From assembly GCA_013239625.1 (NCBI GenBank), contig MU053561.1:3426283-3490282 (forward strand): DNA of 64,000 nt, in the 5' to 3' direction. Position numbers and translations under genes: made by a program. The stretch's first letter is position 1. Every line of letters begins with the position of its first letter. The notes under the pieces were generated by a model. That model saw only the letters and a program-made list of their open reading frames with translations. It did no database searches and was not told the origin of the DNA. Of this stretch, positions 38,951 through 52,809 are shown piece by piece. The DNA is from Lama guanicoe. Taxonomy: Eukaryota.

Positions 38951-40559
38951 CCCTCACCACAACTGGATTCCATGTTAGGTTTAACGCTTGACTCTCCCAG
39001 TGACACGTGTAGGAGAGAGAGGGCTACTTTTGACAGCTGCCAACATTAAATGGTCGCTTCCTTTATGAATGGGAACCAAGAACACGCTTCCAAATCCCAG
39101 TAAAAAAGTAAACTGTATGTGTTTACTGCAGCAAATTTTACTATATGAATGGCAGGTTAAGTCTGTAATACCAAACAATACAAATTCTTCATAAGGCACG
39201 TGTCAGGGATAGGGCTCTAAATCATAGTCACGTGTTGTCACAGTAATACTGTACCATAAAGTAGGTTTTTTAAGTTCTGAAAAAGTCTCACAAGGGAGAT
39301 AAAAATCTCTATCATCCACCAGAAAAAAAAATTTCCAAGTGTTTTTAACATAGTGGTATGTTATTAAGAAGGTAGAGATTATGTTAAGACTTCACATAAA
39401 AATAAAACAGGGTTTATCAAATCTTGGCAACTTTTGAGCTTTAAGGCTTCAAAATACTCCAATCAGCAGACGCACTCACTAATACGTCCTGGGGCTGTTC
39501 CCTGATCCCCCAGGACCTTAAAGAATAAAAGTTATTTTCTGGTTAACTTCCAGTTATGGCACCGCAGTTATTTTCCACTATTACTACAAAGTATTAAACA
39601 TTTCTATTCCAACTGACACCTTTTAACAGTTTCAAAATTTAGATATGAAGTATCTTTTCTCCTCTTCACAGTTCTGCATACACTTTTAGAGCACTTCTCA
39701 AAAACCAAGTGAGTGGCAGGAACTCGGAAGCCTTGTTTACAAAACACAACATCAAGTACCCGCTGATTGAATTTGGCATTATTTGCCTAAAATGTGTTTT
39801 AGATTTCTCCATGCCTTTCAGTAAGGATGGTGATTTGGCAACAGCCATCATGGAATTTGGAACTTCATGGACAGCCAGTCCGTCCATAACCATATTTATT
39901 GAGCTCTTTTATTTTGTACCAGCAATGTAACAGATGCTAAGAGGAAAGACCACAGAAACAAAAAGGCAGGCGTTTTACCGGGAGTTTTGCTAACGGGAAG
40001 AGATTTGTTCATATACAACGTTTGGCCGTCAACAAAAGCAGGGACAAAGCCCTCTATGACATCCTGAAAAATTCCTTATTTACTTCCTCATTGCCAGCTG
40101 ATTACTGTTACTGAAACACAAGTAAATAATCAAGGAAAAGACTGTCTTGCTGGAAGCTCGGTCTGCTGACCATCACAGCATTCACTGGCCCCATCCCCAG
40201 GGCCACGCATGAGTTGCTATGCAAAACTACCTGAGCAAGTCTAAACACAAATAAAAATATAAAAGACAACTGGTGGGGTGAGTACAGGGAGTATATTGGG
40301 ATGGAAAAATAAGTGAAATACTAGAAAGATAGAAAAATAAGTGAAACCTTAGAAAGAAAATGTGAAATAACGAGAAAGTCTATGATAGCAAAACTTAAAA
40401 CCGAGGAGGTCTAAGGGGAGTGAAAAAGGACCAACAAAGAAACAACCAAAATATTAGCCGTCATTTTTAATCTCTGGGTAATTTAATTCCTTTTCCTCCT
40501 TCCTCTTAAATTTCTCTGTGTTTTCAGAATTCTTTGTAAGCAACTTTTTTTAAAACTTG

Positions 40560-40710
40560 ATCTTTTTTTTGCACTTCTTTTGGTTTGTTTTTGGGGGAGA
40601 TAATTAGGTTTGCTTACTTCTTTCTTTATTTCTTAATGGCACTGGGGATTGAACCCATGACCTTGTGCACGCTAAGCACGTGCTCTACCACTAAGCTATA
40701 TTCCTCCCCC
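40560..40710 (-). mobile_element. tRNA-derived SINE (camelid Vic-1-like)
   Basis: ctggggattgaacccatgaccttgtgcacgctaagcacgtgctctaccactaagctata, with a T-rich tail on the + strand. Confidence 0.85.
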
Positions 40711-43109
40711 TTATAAATCACTTTTAAAGATGGTATTCGAGAGATATTGAGGCTCTGGAAATCTGACTCTGAGTTAATAAAACCATTTCTGCTTGGGAAA
40801 GGGTTTATCTGGATTACATAAATTTAGGACCTGGTATTTCTCCGCATTTTGAGAAGCCGGTAAGCTTCCCGATAACAAAGCCTCACCTAGCTGTTAACGG
40901 ACAGACTGGGGAATATGAGCTCTAACACATGCTGGAGATGCACACAAAACAGCAAGACAGGTTTTTAGAAGAAAAAGCAGGCCTTTGAACAGCCACCCTC
41001 TACACAATATGCTGGTCACTTTTAGAAGAGACAGCGTAAATTTAACAATGAGGCCTCTTTTCAAAAATGTCCTGCAAATTTCTTTTCTTTTCTTTTCTTT
41101 TTTTTTTTGGTGAATTGTTCTAAAGGTGGAAAAGCTTTAATTAAGGGGGCACTAATTTTTAAAATAAAACTATCCAGATTCAAATATTATGAAAATGGAG
41201 AATTTTTAAGTTAACCAATAATGTTTCCAGTAAAACAAACCAACCAGGTATGACTCTATAATAACGTGACTCTTTCTTAATGTTGCTGATGGCCAATGAA
41301 GGCCAATTCCAAAGGGTTCTGTGCCCCCATCTGTCTGATAGACATGAAGCATCTACTGCATGGCAGGCCCACGGCTTCGGTGCTGAGGGAATGCTCCTGA
41401 GCAAAGAGCCCGGGCTGTCAGAGAGCTCCTGCTTTATAAAGAGGACAAGCTCCTGTGTGAGGCAGAAATAAGGAGCCACTCAGGGGAGTACAAATGATGT
41501 GCGTGCTGCATCATTCAGAAAAGAAAGCGAATGACTGAGGTGTGACCAGGAAAAGCTTGGAGGCAGTGGCATTTGAGCTAAGCAGGAAAGCCATTAACTA
41601 ACAGATAAGAGGGATGGGGACGAGGGCGTTGAAGGAATCAGCAATGGCACTGAGTAGCAGGCACGGAAGCAGACATGCCTAAGGCACAGACTGGAACACC
41701 GAGCAGCTTAATGTGCCTGGAACAGCGCATGGGACGCGGGATGGGAGAAAATCGAACACAAACTGGAGGCTGACTACAGCAAGCCTTACTTTCTTGGCCT
41801 AATGGAATAAACACATTTCAATTTCATGTGTTCTTTTCTCTGTTTCCTCTTTTCCATGACCTGAACTAATTTCCCAGAGAGTCACTGTCCCCACTGAGCA
41901 CTAAGCAGTAAGAAGCTCAGATCACACATTCCGAAAAAGAAAAGCAGAATGGCTTGGATCATCCAGTGTAGTCGCTGTGCTACTGAAGGAGAGATGAGAG
42001 TAGGCTGGATTGAGAAGTATGTGATTTATTAAATATTTTAAAAGAAAACTCATTTATCTACTGATTATTTACATAAATGCTTGTTAATTCAAGGGATCTA
42101 TCCTAGGCACCCATTTATTCCCCAAATTTACAATACACAAGCTCGTAAGAAGTGGTTAGCCTGCCTTTCTAATAAAACTACGTCACCCTGATTCACATAA
42201 CTAAATGCATTTCATAGATTTTGCCTTTTTAAATGTAGGTTAACTATTTCTACTAAATTCATGCTTGTCCTTAATAATGCTCTTATTTTCAAAGAGAAAA
42301 TGAAAATACACTGCAGTTTGATCCCCATCAAATCTCAATTAGTAGAACCTGAATAAAGAATGACTAAATCAAATCTGAATGCAAATTCTATTCCAGGTAT
42401 CCCTCACTTCATGGAACAGAAGAGAGCTGGTACCACTGGCCCAAATTTTTATTTGTCCCAAAAATTTTAATGAGTAAAATCAGAGGTCTGATACCTGAGG
42501 GGAGAAAATCTTTCATAAGCACATTAAAACTTCTGGGGAAACAGGCCTGAGTTGATGGCTCACCGTGGTGGGACACTCTGGATCAGTTGTCTGTAAACTC
42601 TGCCCTGACTCAGGGAATCATCACTTTGAGTCCGTGCACTCCAAGGATTTCTCCCATATCTGAGAAGCCTTCCACACCCACAGGTAGAGGCCCTGAGATG
42701 ATACTCACCCGGGGGATGAACGGGTACCCCTACATATTCAATATGCACAGATCGCTCTGCGATATCACAGCTCACTCGCACCCCTAGCACGTGATGTGAT
42801 CCAGCCTGAAGATCCTTAGGCCAGGCATTAGGTTAAAAAAGAAATCGGTACCCTCCATCAGCAATGTGAAGGTGAAAATGCAGTCTACTGAGAGGTTACT
42901 TTAAACAAGGGATACCTGCATTCTGAATTAATTAAGCATCTCTCCTCCCAGGAGCTGCCAAGCATTGGAGCGCTTGCGGAATTTAGTTCTTCACCAAAGT
43001 CAGTTCAGGCAAACTCCTGAAAGGGAATAACGCCGCTCATTGACCCACATCCTCTTAAGATGTTCCTTCTGTTTTATTAAATCAAAACTCGAAGAGGAAG
43101 AACTACTTA

Positions 43110-43262
<153 letters not shown>

Positions 43263-43964
43263 TTACTGGATGAAGGAGCACCTGCAGCACTGTTTCCAAC
43301 CCAGGTCACAGGGCCAGTCTCTTCCTTGCGACATGTCAGCAGAAAGAAAAATCTACACAAATACGGAGGTTCAGGTGACAGAACTAGAAGAGAGGCCAGC
43401 AAATCAGTGGAAAAGGAGGATGGCAGATGAAAAATACAAACCACATGTGGTCAGGATGAATGTTAAGGGCCTGCCCAAACGCCTTCTGCATTGACATTGT
43501 ACTGACATCTGCCTGAGCCCGTGGCTGAGGCTTGGAAATATTTTTGGCTACACGGCGGTATGGTTTTAAGGTCACGTGACTATGGCAATGCCGGGACTTC
43601 ATCTTTCTCCCTGAGACTGTCCCTGAAATCCTTATCCTAAATCACAACCTGCTCCCCAGTTCTCCCCACTGTCCTTCCCTACTTAATTTATCACCATCAG
43701 ATATAGGACATTTTATTTTGTTTCTTGTCTGTCTCTCCCAAGTGAAATATAAGTTCCATGAAGCATGAATTTTTGTCAGCCACTGAAAGAAAAAAATCAA
43801 CCGTGGGATGTTGAGGGTCCCATGTTTTTTGAAATAAGTGCTGACTGGGGACTAAACCCACTGGCTTGCCCAATATACTTGCAAATTCTATACCTCTGAC
43901 TCACTTTCTGTAACTGCTACTATTAGTCATGGGTAAATAAATCTATCACTATTTATTTATATAG

Positions 43965-44800
43965 TAGCTACCACTTATTGAGCATTAAGCCTTATACATA
44001 GATTATCCTACAAAACAGGTGCCATCATTAGCCATACGCAGAGGGAGGAAATAGCTCAGAGAAGTTAGGTGCTGCTGTCTAAGGACACAGAGATGTGTGG
44101 CTCGGCCAGGAGGCGTGGTCCCCGGTCTGTCTGACGGCAGAGCTTGCATTCTGTACCGTTCCTCTCCCATCGCCCTCCCAGGGAAAGGCGGGCTCCTGCA
44201 GGCATCCCATAGCAACAGGACACTGTCGATCTTGTTACAAGAATTTTCTACAGTAATCCTGTAACACAATGTTTCTTTTATTCTTGTCCATAGATAATCA
44301 ACCTATAACAAAAAATAATGACTTGTATGCTGTCTGCCCTGGTGAGGACAAGGAGGAAGCCAAAGGGAGGGCTGACAGTACAAGTTCAGCGTGTTCAGAA
44401 AACCCATCAGGACACGTGGTTCGCTAAGTAAGGGAATGGGGGCTTCCATCCTTTGTGATTTCCCTGGAAACTTAAGATAATCAATAGCTATTATAGGTTC
44501 ATTACTGTGCACCAAATAGCACCTGGTTTCCAAGAACAAGGCTTTCTGTCATTGCCCAGAGCAGCTCTGAGGACTCAGTGTCCACTGACAACAATGTAGG
44601 CAAAAAGAAGAGAGCCCGTAGGATGGGACCATTTCAGAGGGACCCAGTTCAGACCCGAGTTCTGTCACACACTGCTGTGTGACTTTGGGCAAATCACTAA
44701 ATGTCTCTGAGTCTCAGTTTCCTCATCAATGAAAGAGAAATAATAATCTCTGCCTCGAAGGGTAGCTATCAGTTTCAAAGAAATAATGCACGCTGTACAA
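43965..44800. mobile_element. MIR relics (about 43965-44160 minus; about 44650-44800 plus)
   Basis: acttattgagc...agctcagagaagttagg; tgtgtgactttgggcaaatcactaaatgtctctgagtctcagtttcctcatc. Confidence 0.7.
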
Positions 44801-45849
44801 ATGTGAGCTATATCATTCTACTGAAAAATAGGCGTAGCCTCTTAATAGCTATTAACCTCCCCAAAAAAGCCATCTGGACACCTCTGCTGGTGAGTAACTA
44901 TTATAAAATATTGTCTACCTAGAACTCTTTTCCAATTCCAAGAACATTCTTTCTCTTTTTTGGAGAGATGACCTCCCCTTTCCTAATCCCTGCAGTTCAA
45001 TCGGGGGCTGCCAATCACAGCTCCCTAAACCGGGCCGACCAGAGCTCCTGCCAAGGATTTAACACACTGGACTTGGTGGTGAAACCTGAGAGCGGCTGGG
45101 CCCCATCCCTGACTGACCAGAGGAAGCTTCTCAGAGAGGATGTGGAAGAGAGATGAGAAGCATCTGACTCTGGCTCCAGGTATCGGCACGGCCTGACTCT
45201 TCAGTGGTTCGGTCATGTTTAACCAAGTGACTTCCCTTTATACGTACGCTCATCACAACTGAATCTCTATCACCATCAGTAAGACCTGGTATCAACTGGC
45301 TATGATGGACAAGAGGATATGGTTCAAAGATTCTAGTTTAATGACTTTAAATACCATGATGACGTTACCATAGATAGAGGTCCCAGAAGAGGATAGAAAT
45401 TTTAGGTGAAAGAAGGCAATATTTTTAATCTGAGGGGCCAATTGACATTCATATCTGATGTCCAGCAAGAAGCCACACATATGTGCCCAGAAATGACGAG
45501 GATAAGGTAAGGAAATACAGATGTGGTAAGGTTCTAGGTTATTTGGTTAAAAAATTGAAGTTAAAAAAAAACAAAACACGAATGTTTCCAATCACTCCTT
45601 TTGTAGATTGTTAATTCTGGAGTACCATCGGTGGTTTTGTAACTGTTTTTGGGTCCTTGGGTACATATGCCTATTTTTCAGATTTCTTTTCTGCTTATTT
45701 TAAGTTAATTTCAAGTCTGTGATTCCTGCTCAGTTTGCACTAGTAAAGGCCAAATTTCAGCAGGTTAGAAAACAGCACCGAGTGATGACTTCATTTTTGT
45801 AAATGACACCAATGGGCCATCTAGTTTCTGAGCACAAGCCATGAAGTCC

Positions 45850-46615
45850 CCTTGACGCCCCTTTCTCCCACCTTCTTTGTGGATCCTTTAGCAGGTCACA
45901 TTCCCACCCCAATCCAGCGCAAATACACCCTCTCTCCTCCTCCACTCCTCCCACCTGGTCTGAGCTGCCTCTGGGTTCCATGGGGCCAATCATAGCAGCC
46001 TCCTGAGTGACCCCTCCATTTCCACTCTTGCTTCTCCAATCCATTCTTCACACACCTACCAGGGTAATCTTTCTGGCTATAAGATCCTCTTGTTCCTCTA
46101 TTTAATTCACTCATTGGCTACCCACTGTACTCTGAGTAAAAAGAAAAAAATCTTCATTTGGGCCCTATCACATCCAGCCCCTCCAACCTGATCTTACCCC
46201 AGCCTCCCTCTGCCTCTCCACACTGCACCCACGGGCATCTTCCCAGGTCCTCAGAAAAGCTCATTCCTGCCTCAGGGCTGTGGTCCTCGCCTTTCTATCC
46301 GACTGGAAGTTCTTTCAGAATCTCACTGCCCCGGTCTTCCTCATCATTCACATTTTTGCTCAAACACCTACTTTGAGGTTTTCTTCTAACTATCCTAGTT
46401 AATGTCACTGTCCCCTGCACTTACTATCCGGTCCACTGTCCTGTTTCATTTTCTTCACTGCACTTAACATGTTCTGAAATTACCTCACATTCGCATATGC
46501 CTCTCCTGATTAAAACATAAGCTCCACTGGAGCAAGCCTCCACCCCCAACTTGTATCCGAAGTGCCTATGAAAGCAGAGTCTGGTACACAGCAGGGTCTG
46601 TTTAATAAATGAATG
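45850..46615 (+). mobile_element. L2 3' region
   Basis: ttcctgcctcagggc...ctggtacacagcagggtctgtttaataaatgaatg. Confidence 0.75.
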
Positions 46616-48279
46616 CTGTAGAACAGGTGTGTAAAGGAGAGGCCCTGACAGCAACGCGTTTACCGAGATGGTCTGTAGATGGGCAGGACTGTATTCATTC
46701 TTTATATTTCACTTGTATATATTTCTTGTTTTATTTTTTTACAGTGAGTATCAATTCCTTTTGTTATAAGATATTTATATAAGAAAAAATAAATAATAAA
46801 TATATTACTATGACATTTTTCACAGCTTTAGTATTTTATCTTTTCTACTCTCAATAATTCTTAATCAGTTCTCCTCATTCTTCTTGCTAGGCACTACACA
46901 GCAAACTGGTCAAAAGTGGATGTTTCTGGTTTGGACTTAGACTTTTTTTGTACACACTTTACATAGTATTTTATACAGACTGCACATATTATTTTGTAAT
47001 CAAGCACAATTGCTCAAATTATTATTGTTATTATTTTTACTGCTAAACAATTAGGCTACTTCCAATAATCCCCTCTTGCTAACCATTTAGGTTTCTTCCC
47101 CCAACTTCTTGAAGTTCAAAAGCCATAGGAGTGTATACAATTGTGCTGGAGAGAGGACAGCTTGAAAAGCAAAGCCAAGGACAAAACTCCGGAGAAAACT
47201 CAGCTCGTGGAAGAAAGAAGAAGGAAGTGCCTCCCAAAAGAGCTGCAGGTGCATCAGACTCTTACTTCTGTCCTGGGCGCGGGGCGGGGCACTGGCCTTC
47301 CGGGAACTCTCTCACGCACCTTCTGAATCTCACACTGAATCTGGCAACCATCTGGTTCTACTGTTGTCATTTTTTTCTTTCTCCCTTTTTTCTCTGCTAC
47401 AGAAATTTTAATAGCCTCATCTTAACTCAGCGTCAAGGACGAGAATGGAAGGTTAAAGTACTGTATCAGGAAACTTTTTACTGCCTTTAGGAGAGTGACA
47501 AGGGAGCAAGAGACCAGGAGGTTTTTGTTTTTTGGTTTTTGGGTTTTTTTGCCCAAAATATGCAACAGGGCAGGAATAATCTAGATAGTTTGGCAGGGTT
47601 GGGGGCAGGACGTGTGTTTTGTAAGAAAGCATCTTTTTCATGGAACAATGAAAGTCATATGTCAAGACCTGGAACGTGCCAGGTACCTGAAAAATATGTA
47701 CCCATGACACTCCACACGAGCAAGACTTCAGCCTCGGGAGAACCCAAACCCCATGAGGGGGTGCCTTTGTGTCCTCCCAGAATAATGTGAGTGGTCATGA
47801 TCACCATAACTAATTTCTCAGAAAGTCCCAGCAAGCCTGACCCTAAAAAACGACCTTAAATCACAAGGCAGACTGAAGACTCAGAGGAAGTTTTCTCACT
47901 GATCCTAGCTGAGGAGCCGGACTTGCGAAAAAAGAAGCCTTTGAAAGCTGCTGTAGACAAAGTGCACCGTAAAGCACCATGTGTGAGAGTCAGGCAGGAC
48001 GCTGTCGTGCAAGGATGGAGCTGGGGTCTTGCGCTCACCTGCTCAGCTCTGACTTGCCCAATCCCCTGGGGCTTTCAGCTTAGACAGAAGTGTGGAGGAC
48101 ACACAGATTGCAGAGCAGAGTTTATTTTACTTATCCTCTGTCTTCCAGCTCAGTACATTAGCCCTCACCAACTTCAGAAACACGACCAGTGAGAAAAAAC
48201 AGGCTGAGCAGGTCAGCATTCACCTGCGGTGACCTCCTGAAGGTCTGGGAGGAGAGTCCTCAGGGACAACATGAGCTGG

Positions 48280-48465
48280 GTGTCATCTTGGCCCTGTCGG
48301 TCAGGAGCTGTGTGAAAAGGGGGCCACATCACCTCACCTTTCAGAGGCCAAGTTTCCTCATCCGTAAAATCAAGTAGAAATTCTTAACTCATAGGCTCTG
48401 GGAACGCTATGGGAATGGGCCAATGCCTCCCATGCTCCCTGGCACATAACAGATGCTCAGCGAAT
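48280..48465 (+). mobile_element. MIR relic
   Basis: agctgtgtga...agtttcctcatccgtaaaat...cctggcacataacagatgctcag. Confidence 0.6.
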
Positions 48466-49009
48466 GGTCGCTGGCACTCCCTCACCTACATCCTCATGCT
48501 GACACAGCTCCACAGTCGCACGATCACCCTGTTTCCATGTTAGTACAAGAACATCAACAGTACAGCTGAATGAATGAAAATGCAGAACAAACAGGACGTT
48601 CTCACTGCAAACCTACAGTCCACAAAGTAGACGTTTAGTGCAGCAGCTCTCCCAAGACATTACTGTAAGTCCAGGAAGCTTTTAAAATCATCTATTTTAC
48701 TACAGTGTAGTTCTTGAGAGAATGGCGAGACGGTTAAAAACAGTACAGAATATGGCCTCCGTTTTGGAACTTAAACATCAGTAAAGAAATATTACCTGCC
48801 GACTGGAAGAGAACAGTAAAAGCCAGAAAGGCCTATGAGACAAGGATTTAATAAAATACAACATAAAGGCACCGAGAAAGGAGTTTCCAGCATCTCCTAC
48901 CTCTGTACTCTTTTTCAGCTCAAGGGAAAGAGCAGTCGGTGGCCTCCTGAGGGAAACGACACTCTCATGACAATCTGCAGGCAGCCTGCGAGGGTGGGGG
49001 GCAAGCTCA

Positions 49010-49450
<441 letters not shown>

Positions 49451-49980
49451 TTATATTTGTTAGTCTGTGAATTTAGATTTTCTGAGCTACGCTTTTTTTT
49501 TTTAAACAGTTCCTCTAAAAAACTATCAGGAACAACTGAGGTTTTCTTTGTTACCAGTTGATTTCTGCTTATCATGTGTACCTTTCAAATTATTCACAAT
49601 AATGTTGGAAACTGAAAAATCCTAGCTCGTACTCAGCTCGTCAAGAGAACTATGCTAAGTCCTGTGGAGCTCATCTGAAATAAATCAACACCAAGACAGA
49701 AGGAAACGGCTCTGGTAGACCGTTACAATCTTTGTCGTCCTTAGAAACATGCCATGAATTAGAATCCAGGGGTTGCAGAAAGCACCGCCATGAAAAGTTT
49801 ACGGTGCAAACATCTGGCCTTCATCGGGTGTGCTGGTCACTTTAAAAAGCTTGGCCAGAATCAACTCGGCCTCTTACCAGCGTAATAAAGATCAGTGCTG
49901 TGCCCACGTGGCAATTCCCTGAGAACCTTAAGGAAATAGTTCCCCTTATTACTTCCCTGGGAAATAAGTCCTTTTATTCA

Positions 49981-50136
<156 letters not shown>

Positions 50137-50607
50137 CTAGAGGAAGGGAAATTAAAAAAAAAAAAAGAAAGGCATTTAGGTCACAGAAAAGATAGACAGA
50201 GTTAGCTATTAAAAAAAATCAAATGTACAACAAAAACTTGAATCTTGGAATTTGTCCACTGCATTTACCACTATTAACCAGCATTCAGTAGAATATCCAT
50301 CCTGGACAATATCCAAGGAGATTTTGTCTTCAGAAACACCAGAAATCGTTACTATAATGTGCTCCCACAGTACTCTATACACATCTTATTCCAGCACTGA
50401 ACACAGCATGTAATAGCTAATTATTTATCCATCTGTTAAACAGGTCTCTCATCCTAAGTCCCTGAATTCTAGAGAGGATGAGCCATATCCCATTAATTTC
50501 GTTCCTCTGACACCTAACATACTGCATAGCGTATACGAGGCAAAAAATGAAGGGCCTTTTTCTCTTTTTTTCTAATAAATTAATAGGTTTAAAATCCCTT
50601 GAGTACT

Positions 50608-52090
50608 TTCCTCAAAAAATGAACACACAATTACCATATGATCCAGTAATCCCACTTCTGAGTATGTATATACACAAAAGAACTGAAAGCAGGGATTCAA
50701 ACAGATTATTTGTACACTAAGGTCCATAGCAGCATTATTCACAATACCCAAAAGGTGGAATGAACCCACACATCCACTGATAAATGAATGGATCAACACA
50801 ATGTGGTCTATACATCCAAGGGAATATTACACAGCCTTAAAAAGGAATGAAATTCTGGCAAGTGCAACATGGAAGAAACTTGACATTATGTTAAGTGAAA
50901 TAAGCAGACAAAATGGGACAAATATTGTGTGACTCCATTTATGGTTGTAATTTACAATAAGAAATATATATTTGGTCTTCATCCATGGTTCCTGGCACAT
51001 AGCTCCTGAAAACTCTTGTAATTTCCTACATAAAAACCATAGGGATATCTTCTGTTACAATATTTAGTTTTTGTTCCCAGTTCCTAAAAAAGCTTCAGAG
51101 CAATAATGGTAAAATGGGTGACTTTTGTTATTTATAGTAAGTCCCTTTCAACCCTAATGAGTTTACTTGAATGAGCTGACTTTTGGAAGGGAACCAACCC
51201 AGTGCACAGAGGGTTGGAACTCTCAGCCCTACGCTCCAAGGCTCTGGGTAGGGGAAAGTGAATGGAGGTCGAATCAATCGCCAATGGCCAGTGACTTAAT
51301 CAATCATGCCTATGAAATGACAGTTCCACAAAGACCCCAAAGGACGGAGTGTGGAGAGCTTCCAGGTGGGTGAACACATGGAGGTGCTGGGAGGGCAGAG
51401 AGCTCAGAGAGAGCATGGAGGTTGTGTCCCTTCCCATGTACCTCGCCCTGTGCATCGCTTCCACCTGGCTGTTTCTGAGTTGTATCTTTCATAATAAACC
51501 AGTGATCTAGTAAGAAAATATTCTCCTGTGTTTTATGAGCTGCTGTAGCAAATTAACTGAACCCAAGGAGGGGGTGGTAGGACCCTCAGATTTACAGTCA
51601 GAAGCACGGGAAACAGCCTGAACTTGTGACCGGTGCCTGAAGGGGGTGGCAGGGGCAGTCCTGTGGGCCCCCACCCTCACCTGTGGGACCTGACGCCAAC
51701 TCCAGGTAGACCGTGTCAGGACTGAACCGAATGGCAGGACGCCCAGCTGGTGCTGGAGACCTGCTTGCGTGGGAACCCCACCCCCTACCCACACACACCC
51801 GGGGCAGGAGCGTCTGAGCTGAAGCGGCTGACAGCAGAGGGGACACAGGAGGAGCGTCCTTCCTTTACCTGGAGCAGTCAGATCCACAGAGACAGAGAGC
51901 AGCACAGCGGTTACCAGGCGCTGGGAGAAAGGGAAGGTACTGTCTCACGGATACAGAGTTCCCGTTTGGGATACGAAAAAGCTGTAGACATAGACAGTGG
52001 TGACAGCTGCAGGATGATGCAATGTCCTTAACGCCCCTGCACTTTAAAATGATGAATTTGATGTCAAGTATATTTTACCACAATAAAAAT
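50608..52090 (+). mobile_element. L1 3' end (L1MB-like) split by a MER21-like LTR
   Basis: L1 text on both sides of the LTR; perfect 15-bp TSD aatcccttgagtact at 50593-50607 and 52091-52105. Confidence 0.88.
50946..51865 (+). mobile_element. MER21-like solo LTR nested in L1
   Basis: Starts tgtaatttacaataagaaatatatatttggtc; contains ccaatggccagtgacttaatcaatcatgccta and aataaaccagt. Right end approximate. Confidence 0.8.
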
Positions 52091-52809
52091 AATCCCTTGA
52101 GTACTATCATCTTCTCTTCCAGGGAAATTTATAAACTCAGAGAGAAAGTAGCCATCCCCTGCATAAAGGCCATCATCTCAAGCCCTGCCTAGTGATGCGT
52201 GAATGTGACCTTTGGCTGTAAGGACAAAAGTCCACCTGTGTCTCAGAGGGAACCTCAGAGAACCAAGAGAACGCTCATCTCTCCCCTTCAAAGCCCCTTC
52301 CCCAGGCTCAGCAAGGACAGGGTTGTGAAAGCACCGCCTCAGAAACCCCCACGGAGGCAGCCCCGCGTGGTCCGCTATCCATTCTTCACACCACTCCCGC
52401 CCCACGCTTTGACAACCAGTCATTACAGCCCCGAGCAATCTAACGTCTCTCCTTCTCCTGTATGTCCTACGAGACTAGACTGATAAAGATCCTGACGAGA
52501 CAGCATCTATACATCTTCATGTAGCAACAACACACAAAAACACTTGGGCACCGGCACATCAACAAAGGATAACGCCCCTCACTCACGCTGCGCTCTGCTT
52601 CCAAATTCTCCTGTCCTTCACACGCAGCTCTTAACAAGATGAATTAACTGGTCTTCCAGCCCCTTGCGGGTCAGAAACTGCAGTCTAGGGCATCGCTGCC
52701 CTGAGAAATAGTAATCGGGCAGTTATTGCTCTTGGGGGCAGCCCTGGTTCAAATAAGAGAGTGACAGAAGCGATATGACCGAAAACTGAACTACAATTCC
52801 AGACTTTTT

